Of a stretch of 64,000 nt of DNA, positions 16,799 through 26,879 are shown one piece after another (the first letter of the stretch is position 1; each line of letters begins with the position of its first letter). The translations under genes and the position numbers were made by a program. Source of the DNA: Thermoanaerobaculia bacterium (lineage in GTDB: Bacteria; Acidobacteriota; Thermoanaerobaculia; UBA5066); the NCBI GenBank assembly GCA_035542215.1, contig DATKLW010000033.1:15651-79650 (forward strand). Direction: 5' to 3'. The notes beneath the pieces were generated by a model. The model made no database searches. It saw only the letters and a program-made list of their open reading frames with translations, and was not told the DNA's origin.

Positions 16799-17497
16799 AT
16801 GACGCCTCTCGAATTCCTCCAGCTCGCCGGCATCTTCCTCGCGGGCCTCGTCGTACGGCTCCTCGCGTTCCTGCTCGTGCTCGCGGTCTGCACGCTGCCG
16901 ATCATCGCCGTCTGGGCGTTGTGGACCGCGTGGCAGAAGCTCCGTGACCGGCGCATCGGCCTCGTCGACCTCGCCGGGCTCGAGCTCGCCGAGGCGCACC
17001 ATTACGCGCCGGGCCACACGTGGCTCGCGCGCAAGGGCCGCGGCACCGTCCGCGTCGGACTCGACGAGATCGCGGGGCGGCTCCTCCACGCGCCCACGAG
17101 CGTCTCGCTCCCGCGGCCGGGAACCGTCCTCGCCGCCGGCCTCCCCGCCGCGACCGTGAACTGCGGCGGCCGCTCGGCCTCGATCACGGCTCCGGTGTCG
17201 GGCACCGTCGTCGCGATCAACCAGGCGGTCCAGCGCGATCCCTCGATCCTCGAGGACTCGCGCTACCGGAACGGCTGGCTCTTCTCGATGAAGCCCGCGA
17301 CGGCCTCGTTCCTCACGCTTCCGACGGGACCCGCCGCGCGCGCGTGGTTCCGGGACGAGACGGCGCGCTTCTCGCACGCGCTCGAGACCGAGCTCGGCCT
17401 CCTCGCTGCCGACGGCGGAGAGCTCGTCGTCGAGGCGCCCGCTCTCCTCTCCGAGGAGAAGTGGCAGCACCTCGTCGGGGAGTTCCTGAAGGGCTGA
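16799..17497 (+). CDS. Membrane-anchored GcvH-like protein (two N-terminal TM helices), lipoyl-Lys replaced by Gly
   Basis: GHTWLARKGRGTVRVGLDEIAG and DSRYRNGWLFSMKP match the GcvH fold. The position of the lipoyl-Lys aligns to NCGGRSASITAPVSG, with no Lys. Confidence 0.65.
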   Translation: MTPLEFLQLAGIFLAGLVVRLLAFLLVLAVCTLPIIAVWALWTAWQKLRDRRIGLVDLAGLELAEAHHYAPGHTWLARKGRGTVRVGLDEIAGRLLHAPTSVSLPRPGTVLAAGLPAATVNCGGRSASITAPVSGTVVAINQAVQRDPSILEDSRYRNGWLFSMKPATASFLTLPTGPAARAWFRDETARFSHALETELGLLAADGGELVVEAPALLSEEKWQHLVGEFLKG

Positions 17498-17520
17498 ACG
17501 GCGAGGCGGACACCGGCGAC

Positions 17521-17553
17521 GCGCGGGGCGGTTCGTCCGCCCCGCGTTTTCGT
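17521..17553. terminator. Bidirectional Rho-independent terminator between convergent genes
   Basis: GCGGGGCGG-TTCG-TCCGCCCCGC hairpin followed by GTTTTCG; A-rich on the opposite strand. Confidence 0.55.
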
Positions 17554-17562
17554 CTCAGAGGG

Positions 17563-18018
17563 TCAGCGCTTGCCGAAGAGCTTGTCGAAAGCGGACCGGG
17601 CGCCGTCGGGCGTGTCCGCGGCTTTCGCGCCGGTCAGGTCCATGCTCACGACGGGCGCATAGAGCGCGCATTCGTTCGCCTTCGACTTTGCGGCGATCGG
17701 CGCCGGGATCGGCTGGCGGCACTGCCAGCGCGCGGCCCCGTCGAAGTGGCGGCACTGGCTGCAGGCGTGGAGGGCGGCGCCGCACTTGCGGCACGCCGAG
17801 CCGATCGCCACCTCGGCGTCGTTCTTTTCGCCGCAGACCTTGCACCGGAAGACCTCGTCGCGGTGGGGGTCGGCCCCGCGGCCGCGGGGAGCGCCCTCCA
17901 GACGAGCCGGGCGGTCGGGAAAGAAGCCGCCGCCCCCGCCGGACGTTCCCGTGCCGCCGGTCCGGGCGCCGTCCTGATAGCCCTTCGAGCGGTACTTGCG
18001 ATCCGACATCTGCGTCAT
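17563..18018 (-). CDS. Hypothetical Cys-rich (double zinc-ribbon-like) protein
   Basis: 151 aa MTQMSDRKYRSKGYQ...CKVCGEK...CRKCG...CSQCRH...C. Only the C-terminal 151 aa of the 408-aa track ORF is plausible. Confidence 0.5.
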   Translation of the reverse strand: MTQMSDRKYRSKGYQDGARTGGTGTSGGGGGFFPDRPARLEGAPRGRGADPHRDEVFRCKVCGEKNDAEVAIGSACRKCGAALHACSQCRHFDGAARWQCRQPIPAPIAAKSKANECALYAPVVSMDLTGAKAADTPDGARSAFDKLFGKR

Positions 18019-18064
18019 TCTACGGTCCGCGGCCGGGGCCGTAGAATGCCGCCCGGGGACTGAC

Positions 18065-18427
18065 ATGAGATTTCTCCTCCGGATCCTCGTGAACGCGGCG
18101 GCCCTGTGGGTCGCGGCGTCGTTCGTGAGCGGCATCCACGCGGGCGGCCCCGGGTCCATCCTCGCGGTCGCCGTCGTCTTCGGCCTCGTGAACGCGTTCG
18201 TCCGTCCCCTGCTGAAACTCCTGAGCTGTCCCGTCATCCTCCTGACGCTCGGCCTCTTCACGCTCGTCATCAACGCCCTCATGCTCATGCTCACGGCGTG
18301 GGTCGGAGCCCAGTTCGGGATCGACTTCAAGGTGGCCGGGTTCTGGCCGGCGGCCTTCCTCGGCGCCTTGATCGTCTCCATCGTCTCGACGGTCCTGTCC
18401 TGGCTCATTCCGGACACGGCCTCCTGA
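18065..18427 (+). CDS. Phage-holin-4_2/DUF360-family small membrane protein
   Basis: MRFLLRILVNAAALWVAASFV...FVRPLLKLLSCPVILLTLGLFTLVINALMLMLTAWV; four TM helices, typical of this family. Confidence 0.6.
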   Translation: MRFLLRILVNAAALWVAASFVSGIHAGGPGSILAVAVVFGLVNAFVRPLLKLLSCPVILLTLGLFTLVINALMLMLTAWVGAQFGIDFKVAGFWPAAFLGALIVSIVSTVLSWLIPDTAS

Positions 18428-18454
18428 AGCGCTTTTCCAAAGGAGTTTTCTTTC

Positions 18455-19312
18455 ATGCGTGTTCCGGTCTGCCTGATGGCTCTCTCCGTCCTCGCCGGCT
18501 GCGCGAAGCAGCCCGCCGCGCCGGCCACGAAGCCCGAGGTTCCCGCGGCTTCCGCCTCCGCCTCCGCGTCCGGCGTCGTGCCCGCCGCGCCGGCCCCGCA
18601 GATGGTCACCGTCTCCGGCGCGATTCTCGAGACGATGGACGCGTCCGAGTACACGTACCTGCGCCTCAAGACCTCGAGCGGCGAGGTCTGGGCCGCCGTG
18701 AGCAAGACGAAAGTCAAAAAGGGTGACACGGTCACGGTCACGAACGCGATGGTGATGGACGGATTCCAGAGCAAAACGCTCAACCGCACGTTCGATCACA
18801 TCCTCTTCGGCGTCCTCGAAGGCCCCGGCGGCGCGTCGCCCGCCGCGGGCACGGCCACCGGCGCGCCCGCCGCCGCTCTTCCGATGGTGTCCGACCACCC
18901 GCCCACGGCGGGGACGACCGGCGGCGAGACCCCGCAGCAGATGGCCGCTCAGCACGGCCAGGCCGCGGGAGGTCCGGCCGACGCACCCGACGTGAAGGTT
19001 CCGAAGGCGGAAGGCGCGAACGCGAAAACGGTCGCCGAGCTTTACGCGCAGCGCACCGCGCTCAAGGGCACCGAAGTCACGGTTCAGGCGAAGGTCGTCA
19101 AGGTCACGTCCGGCGTGATGGGCCGGAACTGGCTCCACGTGCGCGACGGCTCGGGCTCGAAGACCACGAAGACCAACGACCTCACGGTGACGAGCGCGGC
19201 GACGGCGAAGGTGGGCGACGTCGTGACCGTAACCGGCCTCGTCTCGGTCGACAAGGACTTCGGCGCGGGCTACGCCTATCCCGTCATCATTGAGAGCGCG
19301 AAGCTGAAATAG
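18455..19312 (+). CDS. Lipoprotein with two tandem OB-fold (BOF/YgiW-like) domains
   Basis: Lipobox LAGC. Two internally similar ~90-aa repeats (VTVSGAILE...TKVKKGDTVTV and VTVQAKVVKV...AKVGDVVTVTG) separated by a Gly/Ala/Pro-rich linker. Confidence 0.5.
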   Translation: MRVPVCLMALSVLAGCAKQPAAPATKPEVPAASASASASGVVPAAPAPQMVTVSGAILETMDASEYTYLRLKTSSGEVWAAVSKTKVKKGDTVTVTNAMVMDGFQSKTLNRTFDHILFGVLEGPGGASPAAGTATGAPAAALPMVSDHPPTAGTTGGETPQQMAAQHGQAAGGPADAPDVKVPKAEGANAKTVAELYAQRTALKGTEVTVQAKVVKVTSGVMGRNWLHVRDGSGSKTTKTNDLTVTSAATAKVGDVVTVTGLVSVDKDFGAGYAYPVIIESAKLK

Positions 19313-19385
19313 CGCCCGCGCCGAGGAGCGGCCCCGAGCACGGCCCGGGGCCCGCGCTTGACGGACGGGGTAATCTCTTCGACTC

Positions 19386-19466
19386 GTGAACGCGCCCAAC
19401 ACCTTCGCCCTTTTCGCCGTTGCCGGGTATTTCTATACGCCGGCGAGGAGGGGCGCCGCCACGTAG
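19386..19466 (+). CDS. Candidate aromatic-amino-acid attenuator leader peptide (26 aa, GTG start)
   Basis: VNAPNTFALFAVAGYFYTPARRGAAT*: 3 Phe and 2 Tyr including a consecutive Y-F-Y run. Immediately upstream of a strong terminator and of the PDT-DAHPS-CM gene. Confidence 0.35.
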   Translation: MNAPNTFALFAVAGYFYTPARRGAAT

Positions 19467-19490
19467 GCGACACCAACCCCGGGTGACTCC

Positions 19491-19535
19491 CGAGGCCCCC
19501 CTCCGAGACGACGGAGGGGGGCCTTTTTCTTTTCG
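19491..19535 (+). terminator. Rho-independent terminator/attenuator upstream of pheA-aro fusion gene
   Basis: GGCCCCCCTCCG-AGACGAC-GGAGGGGGGCC followed by TTTTTCTTTTC. The leader segment GAGGAGGGG (19445-19453) is complementary to CCCCTCC in the 5' arm, a possible antiterminator. Confidence 0.55.
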
Positions 19536-19553
19536 CTTCGAAGGAGGCTTCCC

Positions 19554-21440
19554 ATGGACGGATCGAACACCGGCGGCCCAACCGACGTCCCGACGCCGCG
19601 CGCCGGCTACCAGGGCGAGCCGGGCTCGTTTTCCGCGCGCGCGGCCGCGCGCGCCGGCCGGCCGCTCGCGTACGCGACGTTCGACCGCCTCCTCCGCGCG
19701 CTCCTCGCGGGCGACGTGGACGTCGCGGTCCTCCCCGCCGCGACGCACGGCGCGGGGCCCGTCGTCGAGCCGCTCGAAGCGCTCGCCCGCGCCCTCGAGG
19801 CCGGCGGAGTTCCGCTCGAAGTGCGCGACGAGATCGCGATCCCCGTCCGCCTCGTCCTCGCGGCGCCCTCCGGCGTCGCCGAGGAGAGCGTGAGGGAAAT
19901 CCACTCGCAGCCGCCGGTGCTCCGTCAATGCGCGCGCCTTCTCGCGCGGCGCGACGCCGTGCCCGTCGAGACGCACGACACGGCATTCGCCGCCCGGCGC
20001 GTCGCCGAGCTCGGCGGCGCGCGTGCGGCCGTCTGTTCGGAGGAGGCCGCGCTGGAGGCCGGCCTCGTCGTTCTCGAAGAGGACGTGTCCGACGTGAAAC
20101 CGAACGCGACGCGCTTCTGGACCGTCGCGCGCCGCTCGGACGCCGAACCGACCGTCCGGGCGCTCTTCTTCTCGGGGGCACGTCTCGCCGCGGCCCTCCA
20201 CGACGCCGGCGCGGAGATCCTCATGCTCGCCGGGCGGCCTGGCGCGGCCGTCGGCGGGTTCGCAACCGTCGCCGCCGCCTCGCTCGCGAAGGCCGCGGGA
20301 CTCGTGGCGACGTCGGGCGAGACGCTCGTCTGGCTCGGCCCGGCGCCCGACCACGTTCCTCCGCCGCGCCTCAGGGACGCCCCGAGGGCGACGGAAGTCC
20401 GCGCGGCCACGGTCGTCACGGCCGGCGCGTTCGCGGTCGGGGGCGGGAAGCGCGCGGTCATCGCGGGCCCGTGCGCGGTCGAATCGCCCGAGCAGGTGAT
20501 GCGCCTTGCGAAAGCGGTCGCGCGCGCCGGCGCCACCGCGCTCCGGGGAGGAGTCTTCAAGCCGCGGACGTCGCCGTCCGCGTTCCAGGGGCACGGCCTC
20601 GAGGCGCTCCGCTGGCTGAAGGACGCGGGCGACGCGGTGGGCCTGCCGATCGTCACGGAGGTCATGGCCCCCGCGCAGGTGGAGCCGGTTGCGCGCCTCG
20701 CGGACGTTCTCCAGATCGGCGCGCGCAACTGCCAGAACTACGACCTCCTGAAGGAGGCCGGCGCCGCCGGTCGCCCCGTGATGCTCAAGCGCGGCTTCGG
20801 GACGACAGTCGAGGAATGGCTCAGCGCGGCCGAGTACATTCTCGCCGCGGGCTGCGAGGGCGTCCTCCTCTGCGAGCGCGGCATCCGGACGTTCGAGCGT
20901 TCGACGCGCGGCACGCTCGACCTCGGCGGCCTTCTCGCGGCGCGGTCCCTCACGCACCTGCCGCTCCTCGCGGACCCGTCGCACGCCGCGGGCCGCAAGG
21001 AGCTCGTCCCCGGCCTCGCGCGCGCCGCGTGGGGCGCGGGCGTCGACGGACTCATGATCGAGGTCCACGACGCGCCCGAGTCCGCGCTGTGCGACGGGCC
21101 CCAGGCGCTGCTGCCCGAAGACCTCGAAATGCTCCTCGACGAGTTCGGGCTCCTGCCGGGGCGCACGGGCTCCGTCGAACGCGTGCGGCGCGCGATCGAC
21201 GCCGTGGACTCTTCGATCGCGGCCCTCGCGGCCCGAAGGCTCGAGCTCTGCCGCCGCGTCGCGGAGGTCAAGAAGGCCACGGGCCGCCCCGTCCGGGACG
21301 AGGCCCGGGAAGCCACCGTGCGCGCGCGCTTCGCCGAGAGCCTCGGGAAGGACGCGACGAAAGCGTCCGGCCTCGCGGACGCGCTCATCGCGCTCGGACT
21401 CGAGGCCGAGGGCTGGGAGGGGGACGCTACTCGCCGATGA
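19554..21440 (+). CDS. Trifunctional fusion: prephenate dehydratase (N) - DAHP synthase type I-beta (middle) - AroQ chorismate mutase (C)
   Basis: N-terminal [11 protein letters not shown] and TRF motif (PDT). Middle [15 protein letters not shown]...[11 protein letters not shown]...[14 protein letters not shown] (KDSA-like DAHPS). C-terminal [30 protein letters not shown] (AroQ CM). RBS GAAGGAGG. Confidence 0.85.
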   Translation: MDGSNTGGPTDVPTPRAGYQGEPGSFSARAAARAGRPLAYATFDRLLRALLAGDVDVAVLPAATHGAGPVVEPLEALARALEAGGVPLEVRDEIAIPVRLVLAAPSGVAEESVREIHSQPPVLRQCARLLARRDAVPVETHDTAFAARRVAELGGARAAVCSEEAALEAGLVVLEEDVSDVKPNATRFWTVARRSDAEPTVRALFFSGARLAAALHDAGAEILMLAGRPGAAVGGFATVAAASLAKAAGLVATSGETLVWLGPAPDHVPPPRLRDAPRATEVRAATVVTAGAFAVGGGKRAVIAGPCAVESPEQVMRLAKAVARAGATALRGGVFKPRTSPSAFQGHGLEALRWLKDAGDAVGLPIVTEVMAPAQVEPVARLADVLQIGARNCQNYDLLKEAGAAGRPVMLKRGFGTTVEEWLSAAEYILAAGCEGVLLCERGIRTFERSTRGTLDLGGLLAARSLTHLPLLADPSHAAGRKELVPGLARAAWGAGVDGLMIEVHDAPESALCDGPQALLPEDLEMLLDEFGLLPGRTGSVERVRRAIDAVDSSIAALAARRLELCRRVAEVKKATGRPVRDEAREATVRARFAESLGKDATKASGLADALIALGLEAEGWEGDATRR

Positions 21441-21842
21441 TCTTGATGAGGATCCTCTTCGGTCGGCGTCCGTCCCACTCGCCGTAGAAGATCCGCTCCC
21501 ACGTCCCGAAGTCGAGGCGGCCGTTCGTGATCGCGACGACCGCCTCGCGGCCCATGAGCTGTCTCTTGACGTGCGCGTCCGCGTTGTCCTCACCCGTGTC
21601 GTTGTGCCGCCACTGCTTCACGGGTTCGTGCGGGACGAGGGCCTCGAAGAAGCGCTCGTAGTCCGCGTGGAGGCCCCGCTCGTCGTCGTTCACGAAGACG
21701 GACGCCGTGATGTGCATCGGGTTCACGAGGCAGAGGCCTTCCTTGACGCCGCTCTCCTTCACGGCGGCCTCGACCTCGGGCGTGATGTTCACGAAGCCGA
21801 TGCGGGCCGGGACGTTCAGCGTGAGGACCTTTCGGTGGGATT

Positions 21843-21846
<4 letters not shown>
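21427..21846 (-). CDS. YjbQ/UPF0047 family protein (secondary thiamine-phosphate synthase-like)
   Basis: 139 aa; [18 protein letters not shown]...[18 protein letters not shown]...[10 protein letters not shown] is characteristic. Confidence 0.85.
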
Positions 21847-24005
<2,159 letters not shown>

Positions 24006-24040
24006 GGTGGAGAGATCTTACGCGGCTACACTCCCCGGCC

Positions 24041-24862
24041 GTGACGACACCCGCCGCCGCTTCCCCCGTCCTCGCCGTTCTGGACGTCGGGTTTCACCGC
24101 CATCCGGACCTCACGGCAAGGCGGGTCCTCGCCTGCGTGGACGCCACCTCTCGCCGCGTCGTCCCGTTCCGGTACGGGGCGAGGGGGACGGAGGCCGAGC
24201 ACGGCACGCGCACGATGCTCCTCGCGGCCGGGAGCGGCCGGGCGAGCGGACTCGTTTCCCCGGCGCCTCGCGCGAAGGTCGTGCTCGTGAAGGTCGGCGA
24301 AGGCGGGCGTGTCCCGCGCGCGGCGATCGTGCGCGCGTACCGCTGGCTCGCGACCCACGGGCCGGCCCTCGGCGTCCGTGTCGCGCTCTGTCCGTTCGGA
24401 GACGACGCCGAGGTCCGCGGGGAGAGGAGCGAGGTGACGGGCCTGGTCGCCGAGCTCGCCGCGCACGGCATCCTCGTCGTCGCGGCGGCGGGCTGGGACC
24501 GCGCGAACGAGGTGGTCTCCCCGGCGCGCGCGAGGGACGCGATCGCCGTCGGCGGCTGGGACGTCGCGGAGAGCCGTCCCGCGCGGGGACCCCGCGTCGG
24601 CGATGTCGGGGGCGTCCTGAAGCCGGACCTCCTCGCCCCGTCGGTCCCGCTGGAGGTGCCGTGTCTCCGCGGCAGCCGGATGCACGAACGGGCAGGCGGG
24701 ACGTCCTTCGCGGCCTCCCTCGTGGCCGGGGCCGCCCTCAGGATCCTCGAGAAGGAGCCGGGGCTCGCGAAGGACGGCGTCCTCGCCCGGCTCACGAGCC
24801 TCGCGCGCCCCGTCCCGGGCCAGCCCCCGCTCCTCCCTCTCCGGGCGCTCCGGCGCGGCTGA
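24041..24862 (+). CDS. Subtilisin-like (S8) serine peptidase, short form
   Basis: Asp (AVLDVG), His (HGTR) and Ser (GTSFAAS) triad in subtilase order; 273 aa. Confidence 0.55.
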   Translation: MTTPAAASPVLAVLDVGFHRHPDLTARRVLACVDATSRRVVPFRYGARGTEAEHGTRTMLLAAGSGRASGLVSPAPRAKVVLVKVGEGGRVPRAAIVRAYRWLATHGPALGVRVALCPFGDDAEVRGERSEVTGLVAELAAHGILVVAAAGWDRANEVVSPARARDAIAVGGWDVAESRPARGPRVGDVGGVLKPDLLAPSVPLEVPCLRGSRMHERAGGTSFAASLVAGAALRILEKEPGLAKDGVLARLTSLARPVPGQPPLLPLRALRRG

Positions 24863-24875
24863 CCCCCCCGGATTT

Positions 24876-24895
24876 CAGGAATTTCGAGGTTCCTG
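24876..24895 (+). promoter_or_regulatory. Palindrome CAGGAA-N8-TTCCTG upstream of fur-family gene (possible autoregulatory operator)
   Basis: Perfect 6-bp inverted arms 65 bp upstream of the Fur-family start. Unlike the AT-rich canonical Fur box. Confidence 0.2.
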
Positions 24896-24960
24896 CGTCT
24901 GGACTCAGATGCAACTGCACCATTCCAATCGCGCGCCGGGGAGGGCATCGTCTCTCCACC

Positions 24961-25440
24961 ATGAGCGGAAACACCGACGAACGCCGCGTTTTCGACGAGT
25001 TCCTGAAGCGCAAGGGCCTGAAGGTCACGCGCGAGAGAACGGCCGTCTTCGATGAGATCTTCTCGACGCACCGGCATTTCGATGCCGACGACCTCGTGAG
25101 CCGCATGCGCGAGCGCGGCACGAAGATCAGCCGGGCGACGATCTACCGCACGCTCGAGCTGCTCTACGGCTGCGGCCTCGTGGGGCGCGTCCGCCTGAAC
25201 GAGGAGAAGTACCGCTACGAGCGGCTCCGCAAGGGCGAGCACCACGACCACCTCGTCTGCACGAACTGCGGCAAGGTCGTCGAATTCATCGACGGCGCCA
25301 TCGAGAAGCGCCAGGACGCGGTCTGCAAGGAGCACGACTTCGTCGCGACCTCGCACTCGCACCAGATCTGGGGGCTCTGCGGGGCCTGCCGGAAGGTCGC
25401 GCTGAAGGCTCCGGGCCGGGCCACCGTCACCGCCGCTTAA
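24961..25440 (+). CDS. Fur-family metalloregulator (Fur/Zur/PerR type)
   Basis: DNA-binding helix ISRATIYRTLELL; metal site HHDHLVCTNCGKV...C..C. Confidence 0.85.
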   Translation: MSGNTDERRVFDEFLKRKGLKVTRERTAVFDEIFSTHRHFDADDLVSRMRERGTKISRATIYRTLELLYGCGLVGRVRLNEEKYRYERLRKGEHHDHLVCTNCGKVVEFIDGAIEKRQDAVCKEHDFVATSHSHQIWGLCGACRKVALKAPGRATVTAA

Positions 25441-25450
25441 GATCCGGGGC

Positions 25451-26872
25451 GTGCCCGTCGCCGTCGTCTGGCTGCGGCGGAACCTCCGCCTCGACGACAA
25501 CCGTGTCCTCGACGCGGCCCTCAGGGCCGCGGACGCGGTCGTCTTGGTCTTCGTCCTCGACGGCCACTACCTGACCGAGGACTTCTCTCCGCCGCGCCTC
25601 GCGTTCCTCGCGGAGTCCCTCGCGGAGCTCGAATCGGCTCTCGCCGCGAAGGGCGGCCGGCTCGTCGTGCGCAACGGCCCGGCGGGCGCTGCCCTGGCGG
25701 CGCTCTGCCGCGAGACGGGCGCGGATGCGGTTTTCACGCACGCGGACCACGAGCCCCACGGCGCCGCGCTCCTCGGCGAGGCGCGGCGCGCGCTCGCGGC
25801 GCAGGGGACGTCCCTCCATGCCGTCGAGGATCTGCTCCTCCTCCCGCCGGGAGAGATCGCGACGCGAGAAGGCCGGCCGTTCACCGTTTACACGCCCTTC
25901 TCGCGCCGCTGGCTCGAGGCCGACAAACCGGCCCCCGCTCCGGAGCCCGCACGCGTCCCCTCGCCCCCCGCCGTGCTCTCCCCTGGGTTTCCGTCGGTTC
26001 CGCTCGGGAAGGTGCGCGGATTCCGCGAGACGGGCGCGCCGCGCAACCCGCGGGGCGGAGCGGCCGCCGCTCGGCACGCGTGGGACGCGTTCCGCGCCTC
26101 CGCGCTCGAGCGCTACTCGGGAGACCGCGACCGGCCGGACCTCCCCGGGACGTCTCGCCTGTCGCCGCACCTGCGATTCGGGACGATCGGCGTGCGCCGC
26201 GTTCTCGCGGAAGCGCGCGCGGCCTGGCGGGACGCCGCTCCCCCCGGGAAAAGGGGGATCGAAGCGTTCGTGAAGGAGCTCTGCTGGCGCGAGTTCTACG
26301 CGGGAATTCTCCACGCGTTTCCGCGTGTCCTGACCGAGAACTTCCGCAGGGACTTCGACGCGTTTCCGTGGGTCTCCGGCGACGAGGCCGAACGGCGATT
26401 CTCGGCATGGGCCGCGGGCCGCACGGGGGTCCCGATCGTGGACGCCGGGATGCGCCAGCTCCTCGCCGAGGGCTGGATGCACAACCGCGTGCGGATGATC
26501 GTCGCGTCGTTTCTGACGAAAGACCTCCTCCTGGACTGGCGGAGGGGAGAGGCGTTCTTCCGCCGGCACCTCGCGGACGGCGACCCGGCCTCGAACAACG
26601 GCGGCTGGCAGTGGGCCGCGGGATCGGGCACCGACGCGCAGCCGTTCTTCCGGATCTTCAATCCCGTCCTGCAGGGGCGGACGTTCGACCCGGACGGGGC
26701 GTACGTGAAGCGCTGGGTGCCGGAGCTCGCGGGCGTCGCGGCGCGCGCGGCGGACCTCCACGCGCCGTGGACGCTCTCGCCGCCGCCGCGGGACTACCCC
26801 GCTCCGGTCGTGGACCACGCGGAGGCGCGCAAGGCGGCCCTCGCCGCGTTTGAGTCCATGAAGAAGGGGTGA
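25451..26872 (+). CDS. phr: Deoxyribodipyrimidine photolyase / cryptochrome-family flavoprotein
   Basis: 473 aa; N-terminal photolyase domain VVWLRRNLRLDDN and FAD-binding domain WREFY...NNGGWQWAAG. Confidence 0.9.
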   Translation: MPVAVVWLRRNLRLDDNRVLDAALRAADAVVLVFVLDGHYLTEDFSPPRLAFLAESLAELESALAAKGGRLVVRNGPAGAALAALCRETGADAVFTHADHEPHGAALLGEARRALAAQGTSLHAVEDLLLLPPGEIATREGRPFTVYTPFSRRWLEADKPAPAPEPARVPSPPAVLSPGFPSVPLGKVRGFRETGAPRNPRGGAAAARHAWDAFRASALERYSGDRDRPDLPGTSRLSPHLRFGTIGVRRVLAEARAAWRDAAPPGKRGIEAFVKELCWREFYAGILHAFPRVLTENFRRDFDAFPWVSGDEAERRFSAWAAGRTGVPIVDAGMRQLLAEGWMHNRVRMIVASFLTKDLLLDWRRGEAFFRRHLADGDPASNNGGWQWAAGSGTDAQPFFRIFNPVLQGRTFDPDGAYVKRWVPELAGVAARAADLHAPWTLSPPPRDYPAPVVDHAEARKAALAAFESMKKG

Positions 26873-26879
26873 GGGCGGC

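Noticed and set aside
13257-17497. Selenoprotein (in-frame TGA) within the redox operon, prompted by selB in the window
   Set aside because: All operon ORFs are complete without read-through. Reading through the TGA of the Cys-rich ORF gives only a short Pro/Ser-rich tail with no conserved domain.
17563-18789. 408-aa minus-strand ORF
   Set aside because: Only the last 151 aa (from MTQMSDRKY) are compositionally and motif-wise protein-like. The upstream part overlaps the real plus-strand DUF360 and OB-lipoprotein genes.
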